DNA of 64,000 nt from Fusobacteriaceae bacterium (GCA_051659505.1 JBOFOQ010000013.1:4732-68731); one strand, 5' to 3'. Counted from the first letter of the stretch, positions 19,904 through 27,067 are shown. Notes: generated from the sequence alone by a model not told the origin. Numbers and translations are program-made.

Positions 19904-19941
19904 ATAATTCCTTGCAAGGGAAAATTATAAGTGTATTGATA

Positions 19942-20372
19942 TTAGTGAAAAAAATTCTCTAAAATCACAAGAGAATGAGGACTAAAATTATTATTTAGAG
20001 AATTAAATAATTTATGATAAAGTTTAACCGAACTATTTATTCTTTTTCTATAATAATAAACAAGTCTATCAATTTCAAAGTGCTCTTTAACCTGAACTTC
20101 AATTGGAAATTCTTTTTCAATTGAAGTTCTTTTGTTTTTTAAATATAATATTATTTTATTAAGTTTTTCTAATTTATCTGTAGTTTTCAAAAAAACATCA
20201 TTTTCTTTTATATCTTTAATTTTCCCAAAATTAAAAGATTGCTTATCTAATGGGTCACATCTTTTAAAATGTTCAACGAAATTATATTCAGCTTCGATTA
20301 AATTAAATTCTTGATGAGAAAAAACATACTTTTCTCCAGTGTTTTTTACTAATATTTTTTTGGTTTATTCAT
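19942..20372 (-). CDS. Hypothetical early phage protein (~143 aa) whose reading frame changes at an A7 tract
   Basis: ATG at 20372 with RBS GGAGGGAAACA reads MNKPKKY then a stop. The downstream 138-codon frame is open from 20364 to 19942 but has no ATG or good RBS. The frames join by a -1 shift at A_AAA_AAA (20361-20355) or by an A8 allele. Confidence 0.45.
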
Positions 20373-20694
20373 TGTTTCCCTCCTACTTCATCTTTCTTCA
20401 TTAGTTTATTTTTTCAATTTACATAAAAAACTATATAAAAATTAATTATTAATTTTTTTCAACAATAAAACTATTTTTTCTCTTTGTTCAATAAAATTAT
20501 TTTTTTTATTAAACAAAGTTTTTTTTATTTTTCTTTTATAAAATTTGATGTCATTTATAAGATTATAAGTTTTATTATTTTTAAATTTTTTATTTATAAG
20601 TTTTATTGTTTTTAGAACTGAATTATATATACTTACTTCTCTTAAGCATTTAATTTTTGAATGTTTTTTTTTGAAATTTCCATTTAACTCCTTT

Positions 20695-21006
20695 CTAAAG
20701 ATTTGGAACCTTTATTATTTCTTTAATTTTTTTTAAATAAAAATTTCCATAATCACCATATTTAATTAAAATTTCTTGTTCTGATATTCCTGTCGTAAAC
20801 AAATTTATAATTTCAATTTTTAAGCTGTCATTCTCAAGTTGGCAATTATTTATATTTAATGTTTCATAAGGACAATATCTAAAATCTTGTTCCATATATT
20901 TTTTTAATATAAAATTTCCATAATCACCATATTCTTTTGAAATAGAAGCTATTGATTTTCCTTTTTTAAAGTCTAATATTATTTGTTCTGTTTTTTTAAA
21001 GTGCAT
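20695..21006 (-). CDS. Small protein with an internal duplication of an HTH-like unit; first gene of the leftward early operon
   Basis: SIASISKEYGDYGNFILKKY and SEQEILIKYGDYGNFYLKKI are two copies of one module. The gene lies directly downstream of the PL-like promoter/operator. Confidence 0.55.
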   Translation of the reverse strand: MHFKKTEQIILDFKKGKSIASISKEYGDYGNFILKKYMEQDFRYCPYETLNINNCQLENDSLKIEIINLFTTGISEQEILIKYGDYGNFYLKKIKEIIKVPNL

Positions 21007-21078
21007 GTTAACCTCCTAAATAAATATTTTAATTAAGTTGTTTTTAGGATATAAATTAAAATAAATATCATCAACACT

Positions 21079-21107
21079 TTCTACATATTTGTAGAAAATA
21101 ATTGCAA
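21079..21107 (-). promoter_or_regulatory. Leftward early promoter with an 18-bp palindromic operator (PL-like)
   Basis: The minus strand reads TTGCAA-TTATT-TTCTAC-AAATAT-GTAGAA-A. It has a perfect TTCTAC-N6-GTAGAA palindrome (21079-21096), with the -10-like TAGAAA inside the right half-site. Confidence 0.5.
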
Positions 21108-21115
21108 ATTTTTTT

Positions 21116-21307
21116 TTATATTATTTTTATTCCTGTTATTTTATCAATAAGCATTATTTGATTTCCACTAAAAGTTATATTATTGTTCTTCAAATTATTA
21201 ATATGCTTATAGTAGTTTTGCTTACTACAACCTAAAGATTCGTATATAGTTTTTTGTTTTATTTTTTTTAATTTCAGTTTTTGCTTGTAACTTTGATACA
21301 AAGTCAT
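21116..21307 (-). CDS. Small XRE/Cro-like HTH protein
   Basis: I place the start at ATG 21307 (RBS GAGAGGTGA), giving 63 aa. KTIYESLGCSKQNYYKHINNLKN is HTH-like. Confidence 0.55.
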   Translation of the reverse strand: MTLYQSYKQKLKLKKIKQKTIYESLGCSKQNYYKHINNLKNNNITFSGNQIMLIDKITGIKII

Positions 21308-21479
21308 AAAATCACCTCTCATTTTTATTCTACAATTAAGTGGAAACAATGTCAAGTTAAAATTAACTTTACTTTTTATTCTATGCCTTATGTAATGTTT
21401 CATTAAAATCTAATATTATTTATAAATTTTATGTGCTATACTTGTTATGATTTAAATAAATTTATAGGAGTAAATAAAA

Positions 21480-22457
21480 ATGGATATTATTTTGTTTTTA
21501 AGTTTTGTATTAAGTATTTTTTGGTTTATTTTTATTTTTGTGAAAGTTATTATTAAAAAAGAAAAAATATTTAAATTGAAAATTCCATCAATTGTGATTG
21601 TTGTTTGTTTTTTTTCATTTATTTTTTCTGTAACTAATGATTCTGAAAAAAAAAATAATGTTGAAAGTAAAAAAGAAAAAGTAGTTGAAAAAATAAATAA
21701 AGTTGAAAGCGAAAAAGAAAAAGTAGTAATTGAGAAAACAATCGACAAAAAAATTGAAATCGAAAAAACAATGAAAGATGAGGGAGCTATAGAAACTTAT
21801 TTTTTTAAAGATAAATATTATTCTGTGTTTAAAAAAATTACTTATAATAACAAAAATTTAATTACTGTTGTCACAAATGAAATTAATGAAAAAAATATTA
21901 TTGATTACTCCAAGCAATTAATGAATGATAAAACTATTAATATTCATTTTTTTAAAAATTCAAAACAAATACCTGAAATACCTGAATTAACTAAAAAAAA
22001 TTATCAACTTGTATTTGATTTAGAAAATATTGGTGCGAATGGTAGATTTGCACACTTTTATAGAACTAGTGCGGGATATGAAAGCTATTTTAAGTGGAGT
22101 GGAGATGGGAGCCTCTACAGTAATAGTGAGTATTTAGATGTTACTGATGAAAAAACTGTTGAATTATTTAGCGACAATAAAAAAAAGGAAAGAGAGAGAG
22201 AACAGTTAAATGAGAATGTTGTTCTAGCAAAAAAGTTTATTTCAGAAGGTTACATAATATTCAAACAAGCACACCAATACTATATATTGTCTGATGTTTG
22301 GTCTCAATCCAATGCAATAACAAAAGAAAAAATACTTATAATTATGGCTTCTTTAGAAAAAGAAAAAGATGATTATATGATGGTAGAGTTATTTGATTAT
22401 AATAGTTCTAAGCTTGTAGGAGAACACGGACCATTTAAGGGAACGAAAATATATTAA
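21480..22457 (+). CDS. Membrane-anchored protein of unknown function inside the immunity region (moron; candidate superinfection-exclusion/abortive-infection factor)
   Basis: 325 aa. Two N-terminal hydrophobic helices are followed by the repeat linker ESKKEKVVEKINKVESEKEKVVIEK and then a ~230-aa globular part. It has its own RBS (AGGAG) and terminator, and its orientation is opposite to the flanking phage genes. Confidence 0.7.
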   Translation: MDIILFLSFVLSIFWFIFIFVKVIIKKEKIFKLKIPSIVIVVCFFSFIFSVTNDSEKKNNVESKKEKVVEKINKVESEKEKVVIEKTIDKKIEIEKTMKDEGAIETYFFKDKYYSVFKKITYNNKNLITVVTNEINEKNIIDYSKQLMNDKTINIHFFKNSKQIPEIPELTKKNYQLVFDLENIGANGRFAHFYRTSAGYESYFKWSGDGSLYSNSEYLDVTDEKTVELFSDNKKKEREREQLNENVVLAKKFISEGYIIFKQAHQYYILSDVWSQSNAITKEKILIIMASLEKEKDDYMMVELFDYNSSKLVGEHGPFKGTKIY

Positions 22458-22458
22458 T

Positions 22459-22503
22459 AAAAAATGCACATTGAACCTATAAAATAGGTAATGTGCATTT
22501 TTT
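22459..22503. terminator. Bidirectional hairpin terminator between the moron and the repressor gene
   Basis: aaaaatgcacatt..acctat-aaa-ataggt..aatgtgcattttt. A long interrupted stem is flanked by an A-run and a T-run. Confidence 0.6.
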
Positions 22504-22532
22504 ATTAATATAGACTAAATTAATACCAAAGT

Positions 22533-23321
22533 TTAATTTTTATTAGTAATTTCAAACTCATTCATTATTGATTCAATTATTTTTCTTTGCTCTGAATTAA
22601 GGTTTTCTATTTTATGTTGTAAAGGATTTTTATTTTCTTTTTTTAAATCTTTTTTTATTATAAAAACAACTTTTCCACAAAAAATAACATCTTTTGTATT
22701 TATTTTTATATCTTCATAATTAGTGTTATCGCTTTCTAAAACATGAATTCCATTTTTAAATTTTAATCTTTTTACAACTGCATCTCCAAATTCTCCATTC
22801 AAAATAAAGACTCCGATTTCACCTACTTGTATTTCTTCATTCTTTTTAACAACAATGATATCACCTTTTTTTATCTTTGGTTCCATAGAATCACCATCAA
22901 CAACAACTGAAAAAATATCTCCATAAATTTTAGGAATATCTATATAGTCGATAGGAACAGCTTCTGGGCATTTACCTATGCCTGCAGACACACTCGAGTA
23001 TAATGGTACTCTCATCATTTCAATTTCATCTTTTCCATTGATGCTGATAGCTGTATTTTTTAATTTTTCTAATTCATCTAGCTTATTTAATATATTTTTA
23101 GGTGTCCTATCTCTTTCTATAATTTCTTTTATAATTTCTTTGTTAAGAGAAAACGCCTTTATAAAATTATTAATAAAATCATCCTTAGGGGTTCTATCAC
23201 CATTTTTATAAAATCCTACTGCAGATAAAGATGCATTTGTTTTTGTAGATACATATTCTAATTTATATCCTGTTTTTACTAAAAATTCACTTAAATATTT
23301 ACTAAATTCCGTTTTATACAT
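22533..23321 (-). CDS. cI/LexA-like repressor (N-terminal HTH, C-terminal S24 autopeptidase)
   Basis: I place the start at ATG 23321 (RBS AAGGAGAA), giving 262 aa. GYKLEYVSTKTNASLSAVGFYKNG is an XRE-type HTH. The C-terminus has VVDGDSMEP (Ser nucleophile) and AVVKRL (Lys). The 115-codon upstream extension in the ORF track is hydrophobic junk. Confidence 0.8.
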   Translation of the reverse strand: MYKTEFSKYLSEFLVKTGYKLEYVSTKTNASLSAVGFYKNGDRTPKDDFINNFIKAFSLNKEIIKEIIERDRTPKNILNKLDELEKLKNTAISINGKDEIEMMRVPLYSSVSAGIGKCPEAVPIDYIDIPKIYGDIFSVVVDGDSMEPKIKKGDIIVVKKNEEIQVGEIGVFILNGEFGDAVVKRLKFKNGIHVLESDNTNYEDIKINTKDVIFCGKVVFIIKKDLKKENKNPLQHKIENLNSEQRKIIESIMNEFEITNKN

Positions 23322-23358
23322 AATCGATTTTCTCCTTTTGATAATTATTATAATTAAT

Positions 23359-23389
23359 ATTATATAACTTTTTCTACAAAAAGGTAAAC
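23359..23389 (-). promoter_or_regulatory. Possible repressor-maintenance promoter overlapped by an imperfect operator
   Basis: The minus strand reads TTTACC-N18-TATAAT (the TATAAT is at 23364-23359). The imperfect site TTCTAC-AAAAAG-GTAAAC (23372-23389) overlaps the -35/spacer. Confidence 0.3.
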
Positions 23390-23395
23390 TAAGGC

Positions 23396-23424
23396 TTGAC
23401 TTTATTTCTACAAAATAGTAGAAT
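23396..23424 (+). promoter_or_regulatory. Rightward early promoter with an 18-bp palindromic operator (PR-like)
   Basis: TTGACT-TTAT-TTCTAC-AAAATA-GTAGAA-T. It has a perfect TTCTAC-N6-GTAGAA palindrome at 23406-23423, a 17-nt spacer and a TAGAAT -10 inside the right half-site. Confidence 0.5.
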
Positions 23425-23472
23425 ATAGAAAACAACCACAAAAAAGTAGAAAAAAACAGGAGTGAGATGTAA

Positions 23473-23724
23473 ATGACTAAAAAAGAAAAACAGGATATCT
23501 TAGAACATGTAGAAAGAAACGAAGGTATAAAGCTAGTAGTTATTCCTAGCAAAAGAAGAACACACTTTGATATTGATACATCTAAGCTTAGCAAAAATGA
23601 ATTTAGGAATTTAGATAGACTTAGCAACAAATATAAAAAATTCTCTATATCCCAAAATGGATACAAGAAATATGCAATACAAAAATATAACGGTAAACTA
23701 AATAATATCGAGTTATTATTTTAA
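23473..23724 (+). CDS. Early phage protein, unknown function (first gene of the rightward operon)
   Basis: 83-aa basic ORF with an AGGAG RBS, directly downstream of the PR-like promoter. Confidence 0.55.
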   Translation: MTKKEKQDILEHVERNEGIKLVVIPSKRRTHFDIDTSKLSKNEFRNLDRLSNKYKKFSISQNGYKKYAIQKYNGKLNNIELLF

Positions 23725-23744
23725 AAAAATTGAGGAGGAATATT

Positions 23745-23873
23745 ATGCATGTAAAATTAATCAACGGTAAATTTTTTACTAGATTAAAAACTAAAGGTTT
23801 AGTATTTGAATTTTGGACGGATACCAGAGATGGAGCGTTCGAAAGAGCAAGCGAAATAATTGGAACAGATTAA
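23745..23873 (+). CDS. Small early phage protein (42 aa)
   Basis: Not in the ORF track because it is under 60 aa. GAGGAGGA RBS lies 6 nt before the ATG. Sequence: MHVKLINGKFFTRLKTKGLVFEFWTDTRDGAFERASEIIGTD. Confidence 0.45.
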   Translation: MHVKLINGKFFTRLKTKGLVFEFWTDTRDGAFERASEIIGTD

Positions 23874-23887
23874 AAGGAGAATATAAC

Positions 23888-24145
23888 ATGAAAATCAAAT
23901 CAAATGAATTACTAAGGATTTTTGAATCAATCAGTAATGGGGCAACCATTTTTGGATATGTGGAAGCACAAGAAATAAGAAAAGCGACTATAGCGCATCC
24001 AGGATGTATCAGAATATTGGGAATAGAAGAACTTGAAGAAATGGAGTGTGAAATTTATGATAACGGTAGATTAGCTTATTTTGGAGCTATATTAACAGAA
24101 CAAGGTAACATCTTGTTAGATACACTTACAGCAACTGAAAATTAA
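23888..24145 (+). CDS. Early phage protein, unknown function
   Basis: I place the start at ATG 23888 (RBS AAAGGAGAA), giving 85 aa. The ORF-track start at 23813 would overlap the previous gene. Confidence 0.55.
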   Translation: MKIKSNELLRIFESISNGATIFGYVEAQEIRKATIAHPGCIRILGIEELEEMECEIYDNGRLAYFGAILTEQGNILLDTLTATEN

Positions 24146-24179
24146 AAATTGAAATTAATTAATTAAAAGGAGTGAGGTA

Positions 24180-24377
24180 ATGAACGATAAAATGAAAGAA
24201 TATATAAAATCATTGATTGAGGAAGTTGACTCGGCAGGGATGAGCGAAAATGTATCAAAAGAATTAGATAATTATAATTGGAAAGATTATTTATATGAAC
24301 TTGCTGATAAAGAAGATGGTGATTTTTGGATATTGATAGATGATATCAATATGATTATTAGTGGAGAATCAGAATAA
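24180..24377 (+). CDS. Small strongly acidic early protein
   Basis: 65 aa with an AAGGAG RBS. By my count it has 18 Asp/Glu against 6 Lys and no Arg. Confidence 0.6.
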   Translation: MNDKMKEYIKSLIEEVDSAGMSENVSKELDNYNWKDYLYELADKEDGDFWILIDDINMIISGESE

Positions 24378-24392
24378 AGAGGAGTGATTAAA

Positions 24393-24587
24393 ATGTGGAA
24401 ATGCGACGTGTGTTTTGAATCTAATTTTATAGAGGAGCCGACAGGGTCGGGTCATAGAAAAGTAACGTATGACGACATTGGTCTTGAGGATGAAATCATA
24501 GATGATCAGATAGAGTATAGAGTCTGCTGCGAGAACTGCGGAGAATCAGGTAGCACGGTGGTTAATATAGCTACTTGGGTAAAATAA
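24393..24587 (+). CDS. Zinc-ribbon mini-protein (CxxC...CxxC), paralog of 25341-25523
   Basis: I place the start at ATG 24393 (RBS AGAGGAG). Sequence: MWKCDVC...CCENCGE...IATWVK. Confidence 0.6.
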   Translation: MWKCDVCFESNFIEEPTGSGHRKVTYDDIGLEDEIIDDQIEYRVCCENCGESGSTVVNIATWVK

Positions 24588-24634
24588 GACACTTAACATG
24601 TGAATTGTGGCTGACATTATCTAGGAGGAGAGTT

Positions 24635-24988
24635 ATGAAAAACTATATATTAGGACAAGAAGTTTATCACAAAAAGCATGGCTTAGGCTTTATTTGTATA
24701 AAAATAGAGCTTGAAGATACCTTAATAATTGACTTTGCCAAAGAAGAAGGGCTTACAGAAATAAAAGATAAATCTTCACTAAGAATTATAAACATTAGTG
24801 GAGATAGTAGATTAAAGAAACTGGAAGAAGCTTTAATTATAAACAACAACTTGATAAATGAAACTACTCATTCAAAAAAAACAAATTTAAAAATTAGTGT
24901 TCTATACTTTAAACAAGCAAATATTTATAAAAGAATAAATTATTATAATAGAAAAAATCAATTTTTGAATAGACATTGGGAGGTTTAA
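24635..24988 (+). CDS. Early phage protein, unknown function
   Basis: I place the start at ATG 24635 (RBS TAGGAGGAG), giving 117 aa. Confidence 0.55.
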   Translation: MKNYILGQEVYHKKHGLGFICIKIELEDTLIIDFAKEEGLTEIKDKSSLRIINISGDSRLKKLEEALIINNNLINETTHSKKTNLKISVLYFKQANIYKRINYYNRKNQFLNRHWEV

Positions 24989-25171
24989 ATGAAAGATTTT
25001 AGAGACACCTTAATTTCCGAGGTTAATTTTTTAGAAATTAACAAAGATATTGAAGCTAACATAGGAGATAACTGGGAACAGATGCTACAAGATGAGAGTA
25101 AAAAAAATAGCGAACATTTTTGGAGATATGTTGTTATTATTGCACAGCTAATTGCACATCATAAATCATAA
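24989..25171 (+). CDS. Early phage protein, unknown function
   Basis: 60 aa with a GGGAGG RBS. The start abuts the previous stop. Confidence 0.5.
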   Translation: MKDFRDTLISEVNFLEINKDIEANIGDNWEQMLQDESKKNSEHFWRYVVIIAQLIAHHKS

Positions 25172-25217
25172 TTAATACCCAAAAACAATTTTTTTTTTAA
25201 TTAACTAGGAGGTACAA

Positions 25218-25322
25218 GTGGAAATAAAAATTGAAATTTATAAAGGTTTAGAAGCAACCAAACCTTTTAAAACCTTTATATATTTAATTGATAAAAAAAT
25301 TATTTTGGTGAATAAAAAATAA
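25218..25322 (+). CDS. Possible 34-aa early peptide
   Basis: GTG start 6 nt after TAGGAGGT. It is short and unsupported otherwise. Confidence 0.3.
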   Translation: MEIKIEIYKGLEATKPFKTFIYLIDKKIILVNKK

Positions 25323-25340
25323 AAAAAAAGGGAGATTAAA

Positions 25341-25523
25341 ATGTGGATATGTACTAAGTGTGGAGCTAAAGGTAGTATAGTATATGAAGGTATTGAGTAT
25401 ATTTTAGATAAAGATTTAAAGGTAATTGTAACAGACCACGACGGATATTATTGTGAGCAGTGTGATAACTATTCTGACGAAATTACTGAAATAGCTTTTT
25501 GGAAAGAAATTGAAGGAGATTGA
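25341..25523 (+). CDS. Zinc-ribbon mini-protein (CxxC...CxxC), paralog of 24393-24587
   Basis: 60 aa with a GGGAGA RBS. Sequence: MWICTKCGA...YCEQCDN...IAFWKE. Confidence 0.6.
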   Translation: MWICTKCGAKGSIVYEGIEYILDKDLKVIVTDHDGYYCEQCDNYSDEITEIAFWKEIEGD

Positions 25524-25535
25524 GATTTAGGAAAA

Positions 25536-25754
25536 ATGACTAGGGAAAATTCATTTAAAATAGATAAACTAGACGACTGTTTAAAAATAAATTCAAAGAT
25601 TATAAAGCTTATTTCAAAAGAATGTATAAAGTTTTCATTAAAAGGGGATGACATTATGCAAAACATTTTAAAAAACAAAATAAAAGATATAGAGAATGAA
25701 AATAAATTAATCGTAAAAGAGATGAACTCAATTCATATTCATAATTTAAAATAA
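25536..25754 (+). CDS. Early phage protein, unknown function
   Basis: 72-aa ORF in the same-strand array, with a weak RBS. Confidence 0.45.
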   Translation: MTRENSFKIDKLDDCLKINSKIIKLISKECIKFSLKGDDIMQNILKNKIKDIENENKLIVKEMNSIHIHNLK

Positions 25755-25767
25755 AAGGAGGTTTAAA

Positions 25768-26172
25768 ATGAGAGAAGATTTATTTGAAGTAGGAGATGAG
25801 GTATGGTTTTCCGGATTAGGTTGGGGTATAGTTGTTGAGATAGATGATGACGAAATTTCTTCTTTAGGAGTTCAATTTAAGGGGTTGAATTCACTAACTT
25901 CTTTTTATATGGATGGTAGACGTCGCAGTTTCGGACCTAGAGCGCTATTTTTTGAAGAAATCCCAATCCCCGAAAGTGCATTGGTAAGAAAACAGTGGAG
26001 AGCAGAAAAGGGCGAAGGATACATGTTTGTAAGCAGTGCTGGACACATAATAAGGGCAAAAGAACTAGGGAAAAGTTTAGATAATCATAGGCACGAACTA
26101 GGAAACTATTTCAAAACAGAATACAAAACTATAAATAGCAAATTTTACAAAGTATTTCATGAGGAGGTTTAA
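25768..26172 (+). CDS. Early phage protein, unknown function
   Basis: 134 aa with an AAGGAGG RBS. Confidence 0.6.
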   Translation: MREDLFEVGDEVWFSGLGWGIVVEIDDDEISSLGVQFKGLNSLTSFYMDGRRRSFGPRALFFEEIPIPESALVRKQWRAEKGEGYMFVSSAGHIIRAKELGKSLDNHRHELGNYFKTEYKTINSKFYKVFHEEV

Positions 26173-26173
26173 A

Positions 26174-26419
26174 ATGTTTGATGTTAATAAATTAGATTTG
26201 TATAAAGTAGTTTTAGATGATGGATTGTGTATAAGTTATGATTTATCAAAATATGAATTACTTGCATTTTACAAAGAAAGCGATAAATACAAATTAGTGT
26301 GTTTTACTAAAGTGTATTTGTTTGATAGTGAAGAGGCAATAGTTACAGAAGAAAAAGACTGGAAAACTTTCAAACAAAAAGTAGTTGATTTTTTTTCTAA
26401 ACTTGGAGGTGCAAAATGA
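26174..26419 (+). CDS. Early phage protein, unknown function
   Basis: I place the start at ATG 26174 (RBS GAGGAGG), giving 81 aa. Confidence 0.55.
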   Translation: MFDVNKLDLYKVVLDDGLCISYDLSKYELLAFYKESDKYKLVCFTKVYLFDSEEAIVTEEKDWKTFKQKVVDFFSKLGGAK

Positions 26420-26703
26420 GATTAACAATAAATCTGGAAAGAGAAATAGTTGAGTTTGCTAGAAAAAAAGATGATTATTCTGATTGTTCAGAAAGTTGTA
26501 AGCAAAGCTATACTCACGACGGAGGAAGGTTTTGTAGTGCGTTCAGTACTCATGCTCATAATCATGAATCACTAGATATTTGTGATGAAAATCACGTGAT
26601 GATAGAGAAAATATTAAAAAACATGACCAAAGAAGAACTAAAAGAAATTAAAAACAACAATTATGAAAAATTAAAAAAAATATTGAATAAAGAGCAGAAC
26701 TAA
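26416..26703 (+). CDS. Cys/His-rich early phage protein
   Basis: 95 aa with a GGAGGT RBS and an ATGA overlap with the previous gene. Contains CSESC...HDGGRFC...HAHNHESLDIC. Confidence 0.55.
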   Translation: MRLTINLEREIVEFARKKDDYSDCSESCKQSYTHDGGRFCSAFSTHAHNHESLDICDENHVMIEKILKNMTKEELKEIKNNNYEKLKKILNKEQN

Positions 26704-26724
26704 AAAATAAAAGGAGTTTAATAT

Positions 26725-26928
26725 ATGATTATGAAAATAATATTTACTTTGTTTACTATAATAGAAGGAATCCGCGTTTACAAGATGAAGTCTAAATACA
26801 GTTTAACTGAAAGTAAAAAAAATATGTTTTTTATACATGGTAATAGCTTTATCACTATATTTAAGAAAATAAAAATGTGTAGTAGAGAATTAAGGGGGGA
26901 GAATTATTTTTCTGTGAAGTTGGTTTAG
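26725..26928 (+). CDS. Small protein with a hydrophobic N-terminus
   Basis: 67 aa with an AAGGAG RBS. Its 3' end overlaps a convergent minus-strand small ORF. Confidence 0.4.
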   Translation: MIMKIIFTLFTIIEGIRVYKMKSKYSLTESKKNMFFIHGNSFITIFKKIKMCSRELRGENYFSVKLV

Positions 26929-27016
26929 GTGTTGGTGGTTTTGAATTATTATTCATACCATTTTGTATATCACTTATTGGGGCTACACTTTGATAACTGT
27001 TATTATCATTACTCAT
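26861..27016 (-). CDS. Possible 51-aa Pro-rich peptide with a hydrophobic tail
   Basis: Not in the ORF track. The unusually GC-rich RBS AAAGGGGTGGTGA lies 5 nt before the ATG at 27016. Sequence: MSNDNNSYQSVAPISDIQNGMNNNSKPPTPKPTSQKNNSPPLILYYTFLFS. Confidence 0.3.
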   Translation of the reverse strand: MSNDNNSYQSVAPISDIQNGMNNNSKPPTPKPTSQKNNSPPLILYYTFLFS

Positions 27017-27067
27017 AGAATCACCACCCCTTTAATTTTCTACTACACTTAATAATATTATAACCTA

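Noticed and set aside
21452-21748. 98-aa minus-strand ORF overlapping the start of the membrane-protein gene
   Set aside because: It is the antisense frame of 21480-22457, with a low-complexity Phe/Ser/Thr translation and no RBS.
23322-23666. The N-terminal 115 codons of the ORF-track entry 22533-23666 (a very hydrophobic extension of the repressor)
   Set aside because: An internal ATG at 23321 has a good RBS and yields a standard-size HTH+S24 repressor. The extension covers the operator/promoter region and the start of the divergent gene, so it is non-coding.
27038-27043. Extra TTCTAC half-site upstream of the ParA promoter, and a GTAGAA half-site at 23446-23451
   Set aside because: From base composition, single hexamers of this kind are expected dozens of times in 64 kb. 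The partner half-sites match only 3 of 6 positions, so I do not call them operators.
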